Shown piece after piece: positions 36,405 through 49,646 of a stretch of DNA of 64,000 bases. The position numbers and the translations under genes were made by a program. Position 1 is the stretch's first letter; each line of letters starts with the position of its first letter. The stretch comes from Leucoraja erinacea (Eukaryota), in NCBI RefSeq assembly GCF_028641065.1, contig NC_073403.1, positions 16,926,001 to 16,990,000 of the forward strand. Direction: 5' to 3'. The notes beneath the pieces were generated by a model. It saw only the letters and a program-made list of their open reading frames with translations. It did not search any database and was not told the DNA's origin.

Positions 36405-36820
36405 TTTCCTCTCCCTTCGCCCTTCTCTTTCTCTCTGTTCTCTCTCTTTCTCTGTTCGCTCTCCTTTCTGTTTTCTTTCTCTCTCTTTTCTCCTTCCTGT
36501 CACCATCTCTCTCTCCTTTCTCTCTCCATTCCCTCTCTCTTCTCTCTCTCCTTTCTCTTTTTCCATTCTCTCTCTCTGTTTTTTTTTTTCTGTTCCTCTC
36601 TTTTTCTTTCTCTCCTCTTTCACTCTCTGTTCTCTCACCTCTCCCTCTTTCTCCCCCTTTCTCTCTCTCTCCTGTCACTTTCTCTCTCTCTCTCCTTTAT
36701 CTCTCCTTTTTCTATCTCTTCCTCTCTCCCTCCTCTCACACACACTTTCTCCTTTTCTTGTTTTTCCATTCTTTCTCTCCCTCCCTCTCTCCCTCTCTCT
36801 CACTCTTTCCTTTCTCTTTA
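36405..36820. repeat. (CT)-rich low-complexity tract
   Basis: Near-pure polypyrimidine. Confidence 0.95.
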
Positions 36821-37229
36821 TTTGATTCCGATTCTCCACAGCCCTTATTGTAAGAACATTTAGAAGATTCCAATCCTCTGAGTGAATATATTTTCTCTTA
36901 CTCCCGTTAATTGGAACCAATCCTTTATCCTGAATCTATGTTGGCAAGTTCTGGACTCAAAGACTGAGGAAACAACCTCTCAGCATCTACCCTGTCAAGT
37001 CACATCAGCCAAAACATGCTGCCATTAGTTAAGCCACCCTTGCTACTGACCTACATAGTAAGTAAGAATGTATGCTGTGTTGATCCACCAACATGAACTT
37101 GTTTGGAGGTGCTGTTCCCGTCTCAAAATGCAAAGCACACATGAGGCATATGTGCCAGAAGGAGCCCCAACCTCAAAATAGATGGAAAATAAAGTGATAG
37201 CTGATCTTTGTACTGAGGTGGGATTTTAA

Positions 37230-38400
37230 TAGATAATAGACAATAGGTGCAGGAGTAGTCCATTCGGCCCTTCGAGCCAGCACCGCCATTCAATGTGATC
37301 ATGGCTGATCATCCCCAATCAGTACCCCGTTCCTGCCTTCTCCCCACATCCCCTGACTCCACCATCTTTAAGAGCCCTATCTAGCTCTCTCTTGAAAGCA
37401 TCCAGAGAACCTGCCCCCACCTCCCTCTGAGGCAGAGAATTCCACAGACTCACAACTCTCTGTGAGAAAAAAGTGTTTCCTCGTCTCAGTTCTAAATGGC
37501 TTACCCCTTATTCTTAAACTGTGGCCCCTGGTTCTGGACTCCCCCAACATCGAGAACATGTTTCCTGCCTCTAGCATGTCCAAACACTTCAAAATCTTAT
37601 ATGTCTCAATAAGATACCCTCTCATCCTTCTTAACTCCAGTGTACAAGCCCAGCCGCTCCATTTCCTCAGCATATGACAGTCCCACCATCCCGGGAATTA
37701 ATCTTGTAAACCTACGCTGCACTTCCTCAATAGCAAGAATGTCCTTCCTCAAATTAGGGGACCAAAACTGCACACAATACTCCAGGTGCGGTCTCACTAG
37801 GGCTCTGTACAACTGCAGAAGGACCTCTTTGCTCCTATACTCGACTCTTCTTGTTATAAAGGCCAACATGCCATTCGCTTTCTTCACTGCCTGCTGTACC
37901 TGCATGCTTACTTTCATAGACTGATGAACAAGGACCCCCAGATCCCGTTGTACTTCCCCTTTTCCCACTTGAAGCCATTTGGATAGTAATCTGCCTTCCT
38001 GTTTTTGCTACCAAAGTGGATAACCTCACATTTATCCACATAAAACGTCATTTGCCATGCATCTGCTCACTCCCCCAACCTGTCCAAGTCACCCTGCATT
38101 CTCTTAGCATTCTCATCACAGTTCACACTGCCACCCAGTTTTGTGTCATCTGCAAATTTGCTGATGTTACTTTGAATCCCTTCATCCAAATCATTGATGT
38201 TTATTGTAAATAGCTGCGGTCCCAGTACCGAGCCTTGCGGTACTCCACTAGTCACTGCCTGCCATTCTGAAAGGGACTCGTTAATCCCTACTCTTTGTTT
38301 CCTGTCTACCAACCAACTTTCTATCCATGTCAGCACTCAACCCCCAATACCATGTGCCCTACATTTGCCCACTAATCTCCTAAGTGGGACCTTATCAAAT
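37230..38400 (-). mobile_element. CR1/HER1-like LINE, 1.17-kb 3' fragment with RT motifs
   Basis: [27 protein letters not shown]; LYRALVRPHLEYCVQFWSP; intact 3' tail. Confidence 0.95.
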
Positions 38401-39685
38401 ACTTTAACTTACTTCATTAAATTCTCTTGGATCATACCTTCAACAAACCTACCAAGGTCTATGTCCCTGGCACCAATAAACATATGAATACTAAGAATGT
38501 AATCCATTAAACAATTAAAATGTATTCAAAATAATTTTTAAAATGTTAAAAGATTAAAGCACAATAAAACACATTTTAACGATTATAAACATTTCAGCAA
38601 ACTTGATTACTTAATAAAAATTAAATGCACCTTCACCAAAGGAGCCATTCCTCACCTTTCAAATGAATAGGTTCACTGTTCCTGGCGATTTCAAACCCTG
38701 CAGAGATTCACGTTCTGGCCCTACACGTTCACCTCTCATTCTTTGAAAACAATAAGTTCTGTATATGAATATTTCCAGATTGAAACAAATATGAACCCAG
38801 CGCATAATAAATAAACTGACACATTGGTCTCGGAGCAATCTGTTTCATCTCCTGAACACTGTCGTATTTTACCTTGATACTGAATTGTTGATACGGAGGG
38901 TACCTATCCCAGGGAGCAGGAATTACCCTTGTCTAATCATTGCAATGGGTGAATTACAACCTCCAACAGCAGATGGGTTGGATTTTTGTCTGATACTAAA
39001 ATGATTAAAAAAAAGAAAGTTAAGATGCAGCTTTGTAGGACTTTGGTTAGGTCACATTTGGAGTATTGCGAAGATAGACGCAAAATGCTGAAGTAACTCA
39101 GCAGGTCAGCCAGCATTGCTGGAGAAAAGGAATAGGTTACAGTGTAGTTGATTGTCACATGTACCGAGGTACAGTGCGTGCTATTTTGTTGCGTGCTCTC
39201 CAGCCTGATCCAGGTGACGTTTTGGTTCGAGATCCTTCATCAGAGTCATTACGTGCAGGTCTGGTCGCCCCATTAGATCAAAGATATGGAGGCATTGCAA
39301 AAGGTGCAGAGCAGGCTGACCTGAATGATGCCTGGATTAGAGAATATTAGTTCCAAGTAGATGTTGGACAGATTTGGATTGTTTTCCATTCAACTTGGAA
39401 TGCCAACGTTGAGGGGAGATCTGATAGATGTATATAAAATTATGTGAGTCATAGATGTTGTAGACAGTCAGAACCATTCTCCCAAGATGGAAATATCTAC
39501 TAGCATAGGTTTGGATGAATAGGATAGGTTTTGAGGGACATGGGCCAAGCGTGGGCTGGTGGGACAAGTATAAATGGGGTACGTTGGTCGGCGGGGCAAT
39601 TTAGGCCACGCAAGTTCCACGCTGTATATCACTCTACAACTCGAGGGCATGGCTTTATGGTGAGATGGGCAAATTGTAAAGGAGA

Positions 39686-40725
39686 CTAAACTAAGTGGGA
39701 CCCATTGGGTCCCATGTTCACACGGAGAGCTGGTCCCCTAACGCAATATTTCACCTCTCCACTAATTCCAATATTGGTGAGGGAGGGGGGCTTTCTGGAG
39801 CGCAAGTATGGATGTTGTGGGCCGAAGGGACTGGTTTCCAGAGGACTAGTATGGACATTGTGAGCCGAATGGATTCTTGGGATGGCAGCTCAGTCACTCA
39901 GGCCTGGTGGGCTGGCTTCGTTTCGTAGCGTTTCAGTTTTGTAGCATTTCAAGCAGAGTGCAGGCCACCAAATTCAGTTGTGTAGCATTTCAAGCAGAGT
40001 GCAGGCCACCAAATTCATTTTCATAGCATTTCAAGCAGTGCAGGCCACCAAATTTGGTTTCATAGCATTTCAAGCAGACTGCAGGCCACCAAATTCAGTT
40101 TCATAGCATTTCAAACAGAGTTCAGGCCACCGATTTCAGTTTCATTGCGTTTCAAGCAGAGTGCAGGCCACTGAATTCAGTTTCATAGCGTTTCAAGCAG
40201 AGTGCAAGCCACCAAATTCAGTTTCATAGCATTTCAAGCAGAATGCAGGCCACCAAATTCAGTTTCATAGCATTTCAAGCAGTGCAGGCCACCAAAATGC
40301 CAAACAACTCATTACATTGTCATTAAGGGCTAACAAATCATTTATTGCAAGTACATTGCAGACTCACAGTTCAGTTGATTCACAGCTTAGAATCACAGTT
40401 GTGGACTCTCCCTTGCGATCTTCCAGAGTGACTGTCACGTCCAGGCATCCGGGGTTTTATAAGTCCTGCCTCCCCCCTGGAAGGGGCATTACCTTCATCG
40501 TGGTGATTGACAGGCGAGAGGACCAATCAGCTGATCTCAAGATTTTTTAAACACCCAAAAATTTTTTATTTGTCATAGATCGGAAATATCCTTGGGGCTG
40601 CCTCAGCGGAGGAGGACTGTGAGTAAGATGGCCAAAAATCATAGCGATATATGGTAGCATTTTTTCTAAAATCAATATACAGCGCAGACAGGATGTGCTC
40701 AAAATGAGACTTTTAGTTATATAGA
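39686..40725 (-). mobile_element. Non-autonomous Helitron (family A)
   Basis: Minus strand starts TCTATATAACTAAAAG and ends with a GGGACCC-aat-GGGTCCC hairpin plus TTAG (CTAG variant). Inserted between A and T with no TSD; removal restores CR1 AAAGGAGA|TGTG. Confidence 0.9.
39930..40296. repeat. 41-bp minisatellite, 9 copies, inside the Helitron
   Basis: TTCAGTTTCATAGCATTTCAAGCAGAGTGCAGGCCACCAAA; spacing 41/39. Confidence 0.95.
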
Positions 40726-41334
40726 TGTGTTGGGCAAGTTTTCTACGCAGAAGATAGTGGGTGCTTGAAACACATTACTTGGGGTGGTGGTGGAGGCAGA
40801 TATTATAGTGCCATTTAAGAGTCATTTGAATAGGCTCATGGATATGCAGGGAATGGAAGGATATGGATCATATGTAGGCCTACAAGAGGTGGTCTTGGCA
40901 TCATGCTTGACACAGACATTGTGGGCTGAAGAGCTTGTTCCTGTACTGTTCTAACTGGAACCTAAGTCCATCATTTTCAAGAATCAAGAGTGTTTAATTG
41001 TCATTGGTATAGACAATGACACAATGAAATTTTTGCCTAATAGGCCCATAAACACATTACACAGATAACATATAATTATCAAAAATTCAATAATCAATAA
41101 TGCCAATACAAGCATTAAAAAAAACCTGAGGTCCTGAGTGCAACCAATGATAATCCATAGTTTACTGTTTCCTCCACTCTGGGGAAAAGATTCGGTGCAC
41201 CCACTCTGTCTATTCCCCTCATGAACTTGTACACCTCTATAAATCACCCCTCAGCTTCCTGAGCTACGAGGAATAGCCATAGCCTTCCCAACCACTCTCC
41301 CAAAGTTCAGCCCCTCGAGTTATAGATTTCTGGT

Positions 41335-41654
41335 TAGTTTAGGTTGGTTTAGTTTAGAGATACAGCGCGGAAACAGATGCTTCGGACCGCCGAGTCTACT
41401 CCGACCAGCGTTCCCCGCACACTAACATCATCCTACACACGCTAGGGCCAATTTACAATTTTACCGAAGCCAATTAACCTACAAACTTGTACTTCATTGG
41501 AGTGTGGGAGGAAACTGGAGCACAGGGAGAAAACCCACGCAGGTCACGGGGAGAAAGTATAAACTCTCCTCAGACAGCACCCGTAGTTTGGATCTAACCC
41601 GGGCCTCTGCTGCTGTAAGGCAGCAAGTCTACCGCTGTGCCACCGTGCTGCCCC
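41335..41654 (-). mobile_element. HE1-type SINE, full length
   Basis: Reverse complement of GGGGCAGCACGGTGGCACAGCGGTAG..TAAAC tail. Confidence 0.9.
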
Positions 41655-42804
41655 TGTAACCAGTGTTAGAATGAGTGGGGATGGAGAAAGATTATACAGT
41701 CATATGCTATAGCCTTAGGATGCCAGCATTTCATCAATGTTAATTTGTCACAAGCAAATTTGGTATTATAAATGAGGGTTGTATCTTATTGCTGTGAGAT
41801 AAATAGCCCAGGTTCATTCCATTCATGAAACTGTAGTAATTTATAGCACGGAAGCTCATCATGTCCACATTACAAGTTCACATTCCTGAGTCTTCAAGGA
41901 ACAAAGCCCCAGTCTACCCATCCTCTCCTCCCAAGGCCCTGGGGCCCTTTGGAAATTTAGGATCATCCAGCCCGTTCTCCTGTGTCAGACAGTTCCCACC
42001 ACAATTGAACAACTAGCCAATAAACTGGGTTTAATTCCTTTTTATCACTGACTGGGCCAGGTCCAGTGCTGGCAACAATTTGTCTGATGGCTCTGGGGTT
42101 TCTCCAGAGTGTGCAATGATTTATTGAACATTCTGTTGGACTGTCTCCAGTCTGGCACTAATTGATCCATTACTTTCTGGGGTCGTTCCAGTTGAGCCAT
42201 TCACTATTCTTGTTCTGTCTGGGACTGGCACGAATTGGGTTTTGATTTATCTTGTGCTGGTGCTGCCATTCATTTCACTTGTACAGTTGGTACACATCTG
42301 GTATTAACCATTACAACCATAGAATGTATGGCTAATACCAGAGCAATTATCTTCATCTGATCATCTTCAGAAGCTGATCAGCCTAAACCTATTTCCCCCA
42401 TCCTTTTCCAACCTCTCCAATTTGTGTTGCCCATCTTCGGTTTAAACCAGCATCTTCATTTCCTTCCTGCATTGTTCGTCCGACAAAGATCACCTGTTGT
42501 ACTAAATTTTGGCAGACGACTAAATACATCGGGAATCTTTAATCTCACTCTTCATTTTTCCATTGACTTTTCTGATCTCCAATTCACTCATTTTACTGAT
42601 TTACCAAATTATAGAAAAACTCTTTCAAATTCTAAGCGAAGCACAAAGTGCTGGCGAAATTCAGTAGGTCAGGCAGCATCTGTGGCGGGAATGGACTGAC
42701 GACATTTCGGGTTGGGACCCTTCTTCAGACACGTGTTTGTTTCTGCTCTGATACTCATTTGTTTGTGTCTGCTCAGGAGCAGAATAGCATTATACTCAGT
42801 GTAA

Positions 42805-43287
42805 CTAAATAACGTCTATCACAAAACACTATTTGCAGTGCTCGGGACCACGGGAGTGCTCGGGAGCTCGGGGGACCACGGAAGCCCTCAGAAGCTGCAG
42901 TATAGAGCCCACTTGCTTGTTCTTTCTGTGTCTTTTGAAGGACCGGGAGGTGAGGGGGGAGGGGGAGGGGGGTGACGTCACTCGCTGCACGTGGGGCATA
43001 GGGTAGCATGCCGCGAGGAGCAGAGCCATTGTGACATCATCTGTGAGACCATCCCGTTTATTTTCCAAGTTATTTGAAATTTTCGAACATTTTCATAAAT
43101 AACTCGAGAAATAATGAATGAAATTTTCAGATAAGGCGATTTCTGACATCAACGTGTAAATCTCTATCAGAATATGTAAAAGTTTCAACGTTAGCGTGTC
43201 GTGTTTTCGAGGTGATATGAAATGTACACGAACATCGCACAAGTACACACACATCCAAGATCAGCATTTTATAAGTATAAAGATAGA
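42805..43287 (-). mobile_element. Probable non-autonomous Helitron (third type)
   Basis: Minus 5' end A|TCTATCTTTATACTTATAAAA; CpG-rich; shares CATTGTGACATCA with family B; 3' hairpin not clear. Confidence 0.5.
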
Positions 43288-45219
43288 TGTATTGTTACAT
43301 TTCCCTGGTTTTTCCTTGTTATTATTTCTCTGCATCAAACTGCATCTTCTTATGCTTTTGTTCCGCTCATCTGTCGACATGCTCCTTCTCCCTTGTTTTT
43401 TTTTGTGTGGAAATTTCTATCTCATGCTTCCTTTTATACATTCCACCATCGGTACCAGTCTGCTCTAGAGCTAATTTCTCTTGTTTTGTTGTTATACATC
43501 TGTAATCAATGCTAAGTTCTCAGGACTAAGTTCCCAGGCCGGGGGGAGTCAAGAACTAGAGGGATTAGGTTTAAGTGAGAGGAGAAGGATTTAAGAGGAA
43601 TTTGGGGAACAACCTTTTCCAAACAGAGGATGGAGGGCATAGGGAATGAGCTACCAGAGGAGATTGTTGAGGCAGGTACAATAATAACATTTGAACAGGA
43701 AACATTTAGAGGGATATGGACCAACACATGCAAATGGGACTAGGTGAGATGGGGAATGTTGGTTGGCATGGACTTGTTGGGACGAAGGGCTGTATGATTC
43801 CAAAACTGTCTTGGAGCAAGCAAGATATTGTAGTGTTGTGCCATCCTGGTGTGTCATTGCTCTGTTTCCCTCTATAGTCTCCCTGCTTGTTTACAGAGTC
43901 ACCGTTTCCCACCTTGTGTCTGCAGTGTGTCTGCAACTTCCAGGCATTGTGTTTGGAGAGAGGACACACTTCCAGGCTGGTGCGTTTTCTCTCGCCAGTG
44001 CAGGTGTGGCATTCCTGTAAAAATAACACAAATCAGAAATTGTTGGAGGCAGCTCACAGAATTAAACATTCGCATACTTGGAGAGAGGTTATTAAAATGT
44101 TCCGTTTAAACATTTGCGAGATGATTGACATGTGGACAATTTGTGTGCTTTGTAAAATATAACAAGGCAAAAATAGACTGCAATTCCCTAAGCCTATATT
44201 TAAAAATTGAATTATTTGATTAACTTGCCCACAATAGACTTCTAAATAAAATAAAATCTAGAATCAAGTTTCTATTCAATGCAATTTTTGTTTAAATGGT
44301 GGATAAAAATGCAAGGGGCATTTTAGAAACATAGAAACATAAAAAAAAAATAGGTGCATGAGTAGGCCATTTGGCCCATCGAGCCATTCGGTATGATCAT
44401 GGCCGATCATCTAAATTCAGTACCCCATTCCTGCTTTTTCCCCATATCCCTCGAATCCTTTAACTCTAAGAACTAAATCTAACTCTCTCTTGAAAACGTC
44501 CAATGAATTGGCCTCCACTGCCTTCTGTGGCAGAGAATTCCACAGATTCTCTGGGAGAACATTTAAACTCAAGTACTTGAATTTTAAGATTCCTGGCAAA
44601 ATTCTTTCTTCACAAGCAGCTAGTTTGTTTAAATGACTTTTATATATTTTTAAATTTAGGACAGATAACACCAGTGGTACCTAGAAACTGATTGTGGTGG
44701 AATTGTTTCAACTGCCAAATTATTACTCCTGTTAGGATTATTAACATCAATACTACACTTCACTTCCCAACCTCTTTCATGGTTCTTGGTCGTTTTACCG
44801 CAAATTGAAGCATAATCGGTCCCCTTAAAGGAAAACATTCCTTCTCTAAATACATGTTCACAAGTTATAGGGGTAGAATTAGGCCATTTGGCCCATCGAG
44901 TTATCTCCGACATTCAATCATGGCTGATCTCTGCCTCCTAATCCCATTTTCCTGCCTTCTCCCCATAACCCTTGACACCTGTTATAATCAAGAATTTGTC
45001 TATCTCTGCCTTAAAATATATCCACTGACTTGGCCTCCACAGCCTTCTGTGGCAATGAGTTCCACAATGTAATGCACCTGAACCACAGAATTTCAGTTGG
45101 CACGGGACCCATGGGGCCACCTTGGCACAATCATTCAATTGGTGGCAGCAGTTAAAGATAGAATGATCTGCAACTAGGTGGAATTGTTCAAATCCCCCTC
45201 AACAAATCTCAAATTGATT

Positions 45220-45580
45220 TGAGGCACCATATCTGAGGAAGGATGTGCTGGCTCTGTAGAGGGCCCAGAGGAGGTTTACAAGAACGATCCCAGGAATGAG
45301 TGGGTTAACATATGATGAGCATTTGACGGCACTGGGCCTGTGCTCGCTGGAGTTTAGAAGGATGAGGGGGACCTCATTGAAACTTGCCGAATAGTGAAAG
45401 GGTTGGATAGAGTGGATGTGGAGAGGATGTGACTCTCCACTAGTGGGAGAGTCAAGGCTGAGAGGTCATAGCCTCAGAATTAAAGGACGCTCCTTTAAGG
45501 AGATGAGGAGGAATTTCTTTATCCGGAGAGTGGTGAATCTATGGAATTAATTGCCACAAACAACTGTGAAGGCCAAGTCA
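45220..45580 (+). mobile_element. CR1 LINE fragment
   Basis: APYLRKDVLAL..QRRFTRTIPG-type coding remnant. Confidence 0.85.
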
Positions 45581-46719
45581 CTAAAGAGATTGATTGGATG
45601 GGAGAGGTTGGATAGGCCAGGACTTTTTTCAGTGGAAGAGGGAAGACCTTGTTGAGATGTGCAAGATCATAAGGAGCATGGATAAGGTGAACGCACACTA
45701 TCTTTTCCCCCGTGTGGAAGATTCCCAAAAACTCAAACATTCTCTGTGTATCTCTAAAGTCAAAAGTTTGCTACCAGTTTGCTCCAGCATTTGCTATTCT
45801 ATGAACCAGATTTTGCAGATCTTGTGTACGAGATCATGAGGGGGTGAAGTGGATACTTACAATCCTTCTCCCAGGATGGAAGATTAATAACTAGAAGGCT
45901 TAGGCCTAAGGTGAGAGGGGTGATAGTTAAGAGAGACCTCAGGGACAATTTACATGGAAACATAGACAATAGGAGCAGGAGTAGGCCATTCGGCCCTTCG
46001 ATCCAGCACCGCCATTCAATGTGATCATGGCTGATCATCCACAATCAGTGCCCCGTTCCTGCCTTCTTTTCATTCAGAGGGTAGTCCATTATCTGGAATG
46101 AGCTTAGAGGAAGGTATAGAAGCAGATATAATTACAAATGTTAAAAGTTATTTGGATGGATATATAGACTGGAGGGTTTGAGAGGGCATGGGCGAAATAC
46201 AGGTCAATGAGACTTACCCAGTATGCCAACTTGGATGGCATGGACAAGGTGGGCTGAAGCACCTGTTTGTGTGCTGTCCACAACAGCTCTAAGACTCCAT
46301 GACTATTGGGATTATTGCAATACTTCCAAAGCATAAGGCATTTTTCTGATACACATATTCAAATGGAATTGTGAGCACTTTGGGCAGTAATTGACACTGA
46401 TATTGTGGAATTGAACAGATGTCCAGACAAATCTTTCAAAGACAAAATGAACAACGTAACATTTTGATAGTGTTTTTCAAACCACCCTGACTTTACAGCC
46501 AAATAAGTGTTTTTGAAAAAGATTCACAAGGAACCGCAGATGCTGGTTTACAAAAAAAGACCCAAAGTGCTGTTGTAACTCAACAGGTCAGGCAACATCT
46601 CTGGAGAACAAGGATAGGTGATGTTTCGGGTCGAGACACTTCTTCAGCCTGTAAGTGTGCTGTGATGTTGGAAATGTCACAGTAAGCTTGCACATTGCAC
46701 TTTTAGATTTTAAACTTTA

Positions 46720-47005
46720 GTCTTGAGAGATACAGCATGGCAACAGACCCTTTGGCCCACCGAATCCGCTCCTACCAGCGATCACCCTGTACACTAGGGA
46801 CAATTTACGAAAGGCAATTAACCTACAAACCCGCATGTCTATGGAGTGTGGGAGGAAACCAGTGCGTCTGGGAGGAAACCAGTGCATCTGGAGGAAACAG
46901 GGAGAACGTACAAACTCTGCAAAGAGAGCACCCGTAGTTAGGATCGAACCCGAGTCTCTGAGTCACTGTTAGGCAGCAACAGTACCGTGTGCCACTGTGC
47001 CGTTC
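46720..47005 (-). mobile_element. HE1-type SINE with an internal 20-bp duplication
   Basis: GGGAGGAAACCAGTGCRTCT repeated at ~46850-46897. Confidence 0.8.
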
Positions 47006-47311
47006 CCATGAACAAAGCAACACTGTTCAATGCATCCGCACTTTAGGTAAAAAACAATCAGCAGTGAAAACATGTGGTACCCTATGTAAGAAGCCATTTC
47101 CAATAGTGGGCTCAAATATGAGATGGTGTCAATAACGATGGGATTAGAACACAAATTTACAACTTGGATTCTGAGGTCTGAATGTTGTTAGAGTGACAAT
47201 GATCTGAAAACTTGTTTTTTATGATGTTAATTAAAAAAAATATTATTTCTGGGGGTAACTTTCGCAGCTCTTTGTAGAACATTGCCGCAACAGGCGCCAG
47301 GCAAGCTCAAG

Positions 47312-48040
47312 ATGTCGAAACAAGCAACTGCAGACACTGGTTAACACAAAAGGACACAAAGTGCTGGAGTAACTCAACAGGTCAGGCAGCATCTCTGGAG
47401 TACAGGGATAGGTGATGGTTCGGGTCGGGACCCTTCTTCAGACAGATTGTAGAGGGGGAAGGTGGAAGAAGGAGAGGAGAGGCAGGATACAGACAAGAGC
47501 CGGGGAGGGGTATTAGGTGGGGGAACAAGGGTGGGAGACCCAGGGTCAGGCATTAAAGTATGAGGCATGAGACAGACATATTGAATAGTTGCAAATTGTG
47601 AAGCCAGAGGAAGGAATGTAGGAGGAGCGGGAGGGGAAGGAGATAAATAGGTGTGAGTGCATGAGGCATGGGAGAGGAGGGGGGGGGGGTGGGGGATGGG
47701 GTGGGGGGAAAGGGGAGAAAGGGGAAATGGGGGGGTGTAGTCAGGGGTTATGGGGAGAAGGCAGTAGAATGGGGCTAGGAGGGAAATAGATCAGCCATGA
47801 TTGAATGGTGGAGCAGACTTAATGGGCTGAATGGCGTAATTCTACTCTTATTCCTTATGACCTTATCACTTTCGGCACAAACATTGTGGGTCCAAAGGGG
47901 CTGTGTTCTATGTCCTATGGCCACAGCTTGATGGGCCAAATGGCCTAATTCTGCTCCTATCACTTATGCCCTTATGTAGGTGAATTGTTAGGGGTTACCT
48001 AAAATTGAGGTATTCAATACTCATGCCGTTGGGTTTTAAG
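47312..48040 (-). mobile_element. Penelope-like element 3' end (ORF terminus, UTR, hammerhead-like motif) with CR1 tail inserts
   Basis: 48039-47995 translates LKPNGMSIEYLNFR*, a PLE GIY-YIG-type C-terminus. The purine-rich UTR follows, then TCTGAAGAAGGGTCCCGACCCGAACC on the minus strand near 47415-47442. Confidence 0.75.
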
Positions 48041-49646
48041 AATTTTGTTGAACATACCAAGGAATAGGAGTAGAATTAGGCAATTCGGCCCATCAAGTCT
48101 ACTCCACCATTTGATCATGGCTGATCTATCTCTTGCTCCTAACCTCATTCTCCTGCCTTCTCCACATAACACCTGACACCTGTACTAATCAATACTAATT
48201 GGTCTAATTGTACTAATCAATGCTAATACTGTCAGTAATAATACCAGTACTAATTCCTGTCACTGAGACCAGCGGTGCTTGAGGAGCACTGTAGCCGCTC
48301 GCTGTTCTCTTGACACATCTGTGGTGCTTCCCTTTTGATGCTGAACGGATGGAGCTAAATGAAGCTGGCACTTTCCACGACCAATTTGCAATCTAAACAT
48401 CCTTGCGGATCAATCGCCTCTCAACCCGAGTGGTATTGCACAGCACGGCGCATTTAATTTATAACTATTGAGCTCAGCGGCGTATTTAAACAGAAAAAGA
48501 GCGAAACGACACTAAGTGCTGATGTCTCCGGTGGCGAGGCGTGGAGGGAAGTGGTGGTGGAGGTGGGGACGGGGTGTAGAGTAAATAAACTGGCTGAATT
48601 GATTCAGTGTAGTCGGGCCTCTGAACGGTAGGCCAGGCTGCAGATCATCCTCACCGACCCGCTGGGCAGACAATCACGACCAGTGCTGACCCTGTTTGTT
48701 TCTTCTGAGGGATAAATGATTAATGGAACCCAAACACATTCTCCTTCCCGCAGCCCTCCCCGAAAGATCCACAGCTGTACAAATAGGTTTTTTGTTAATC
48801 TTGCCGCCCAGGCTGGGAATAAAACTGCAGGTATCTCAGCACTGAACCAAACAGATAGCTTAACAAAACCTCTCCAAGTTATTCAACAGTAGACAAACTT
48901 TGCTTATGGTAAAATAATTTAGAAGTGTCTCGACTTAGAACCAGCCTTTACTTCATGGGAAATTCAATACTGAATGCCAAGCCTTTAGACACAACCAAAC
49001 CATTTGGTTCCATTCATTTAACATTAAAATGGGAAAACCGCTGATGTGCTAAGTGAATGGAGAGCGCCCATTAGGTTGACTTTAGACTTTGGAGATATAG
49101 TGTATACACGGTCCTTCGGACCAGCAATCACCCCGCACGTCAGTACTATCCTACACGCTTGGGACAATTTACAATTTTGCCAAAGCCAACAAACCCTGTA
49201 CGTCTTTGGAGTGTGGCAGCAAACTGGAGAAAACCCATGTGGAATACCTTCTGAAAGAAAATGTTGCCCCCGAGGTCCCTCGTAAATCTTCCTCCTCTCA
49301 CCTTAAGCCTATGCCCTCTGCTTTAGAATCCTCTAATCTGCGAGAATGACTGGAAGTGCTCATTTTATCCATGCCCCTTATGATCTTGTATTCAAAATCT
49401 GCAAAATCGGGTTCATAAAATTATAAAAGTTGGAGCTGACGGGGATCCACAAAGAAATATTTTGTGTTTTCTATTGCATATTGGCTTCTTTTAATAACCA
49501 TAGAAGACTGAATGTATGAACTACACATGAGAGGAAGTCCATGAATGAATCGACCATGAGCTACACTGGCCAATGCTTCTGTAATCTCACTCATACTCTG
49601 CAGCCCAAGTTCTGAAAAACAGTTTTTTGACTGGAAAAATGTTTTG

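Noticed and set aside
36306-36920. Long Leu/Ser/Phe or Arg/Glu ORFs
   Set aside because: Translation of CT low-complexity sequence; the same applies to the Pro/Gly-rich ORFs at 52105-53800.
39930-40296. CRISPR-like appearance of regular arrays (also 5259-5492)
   Set aside because: Contiguous tandem units with no unique spacers, no cas genes, vertebrate context.
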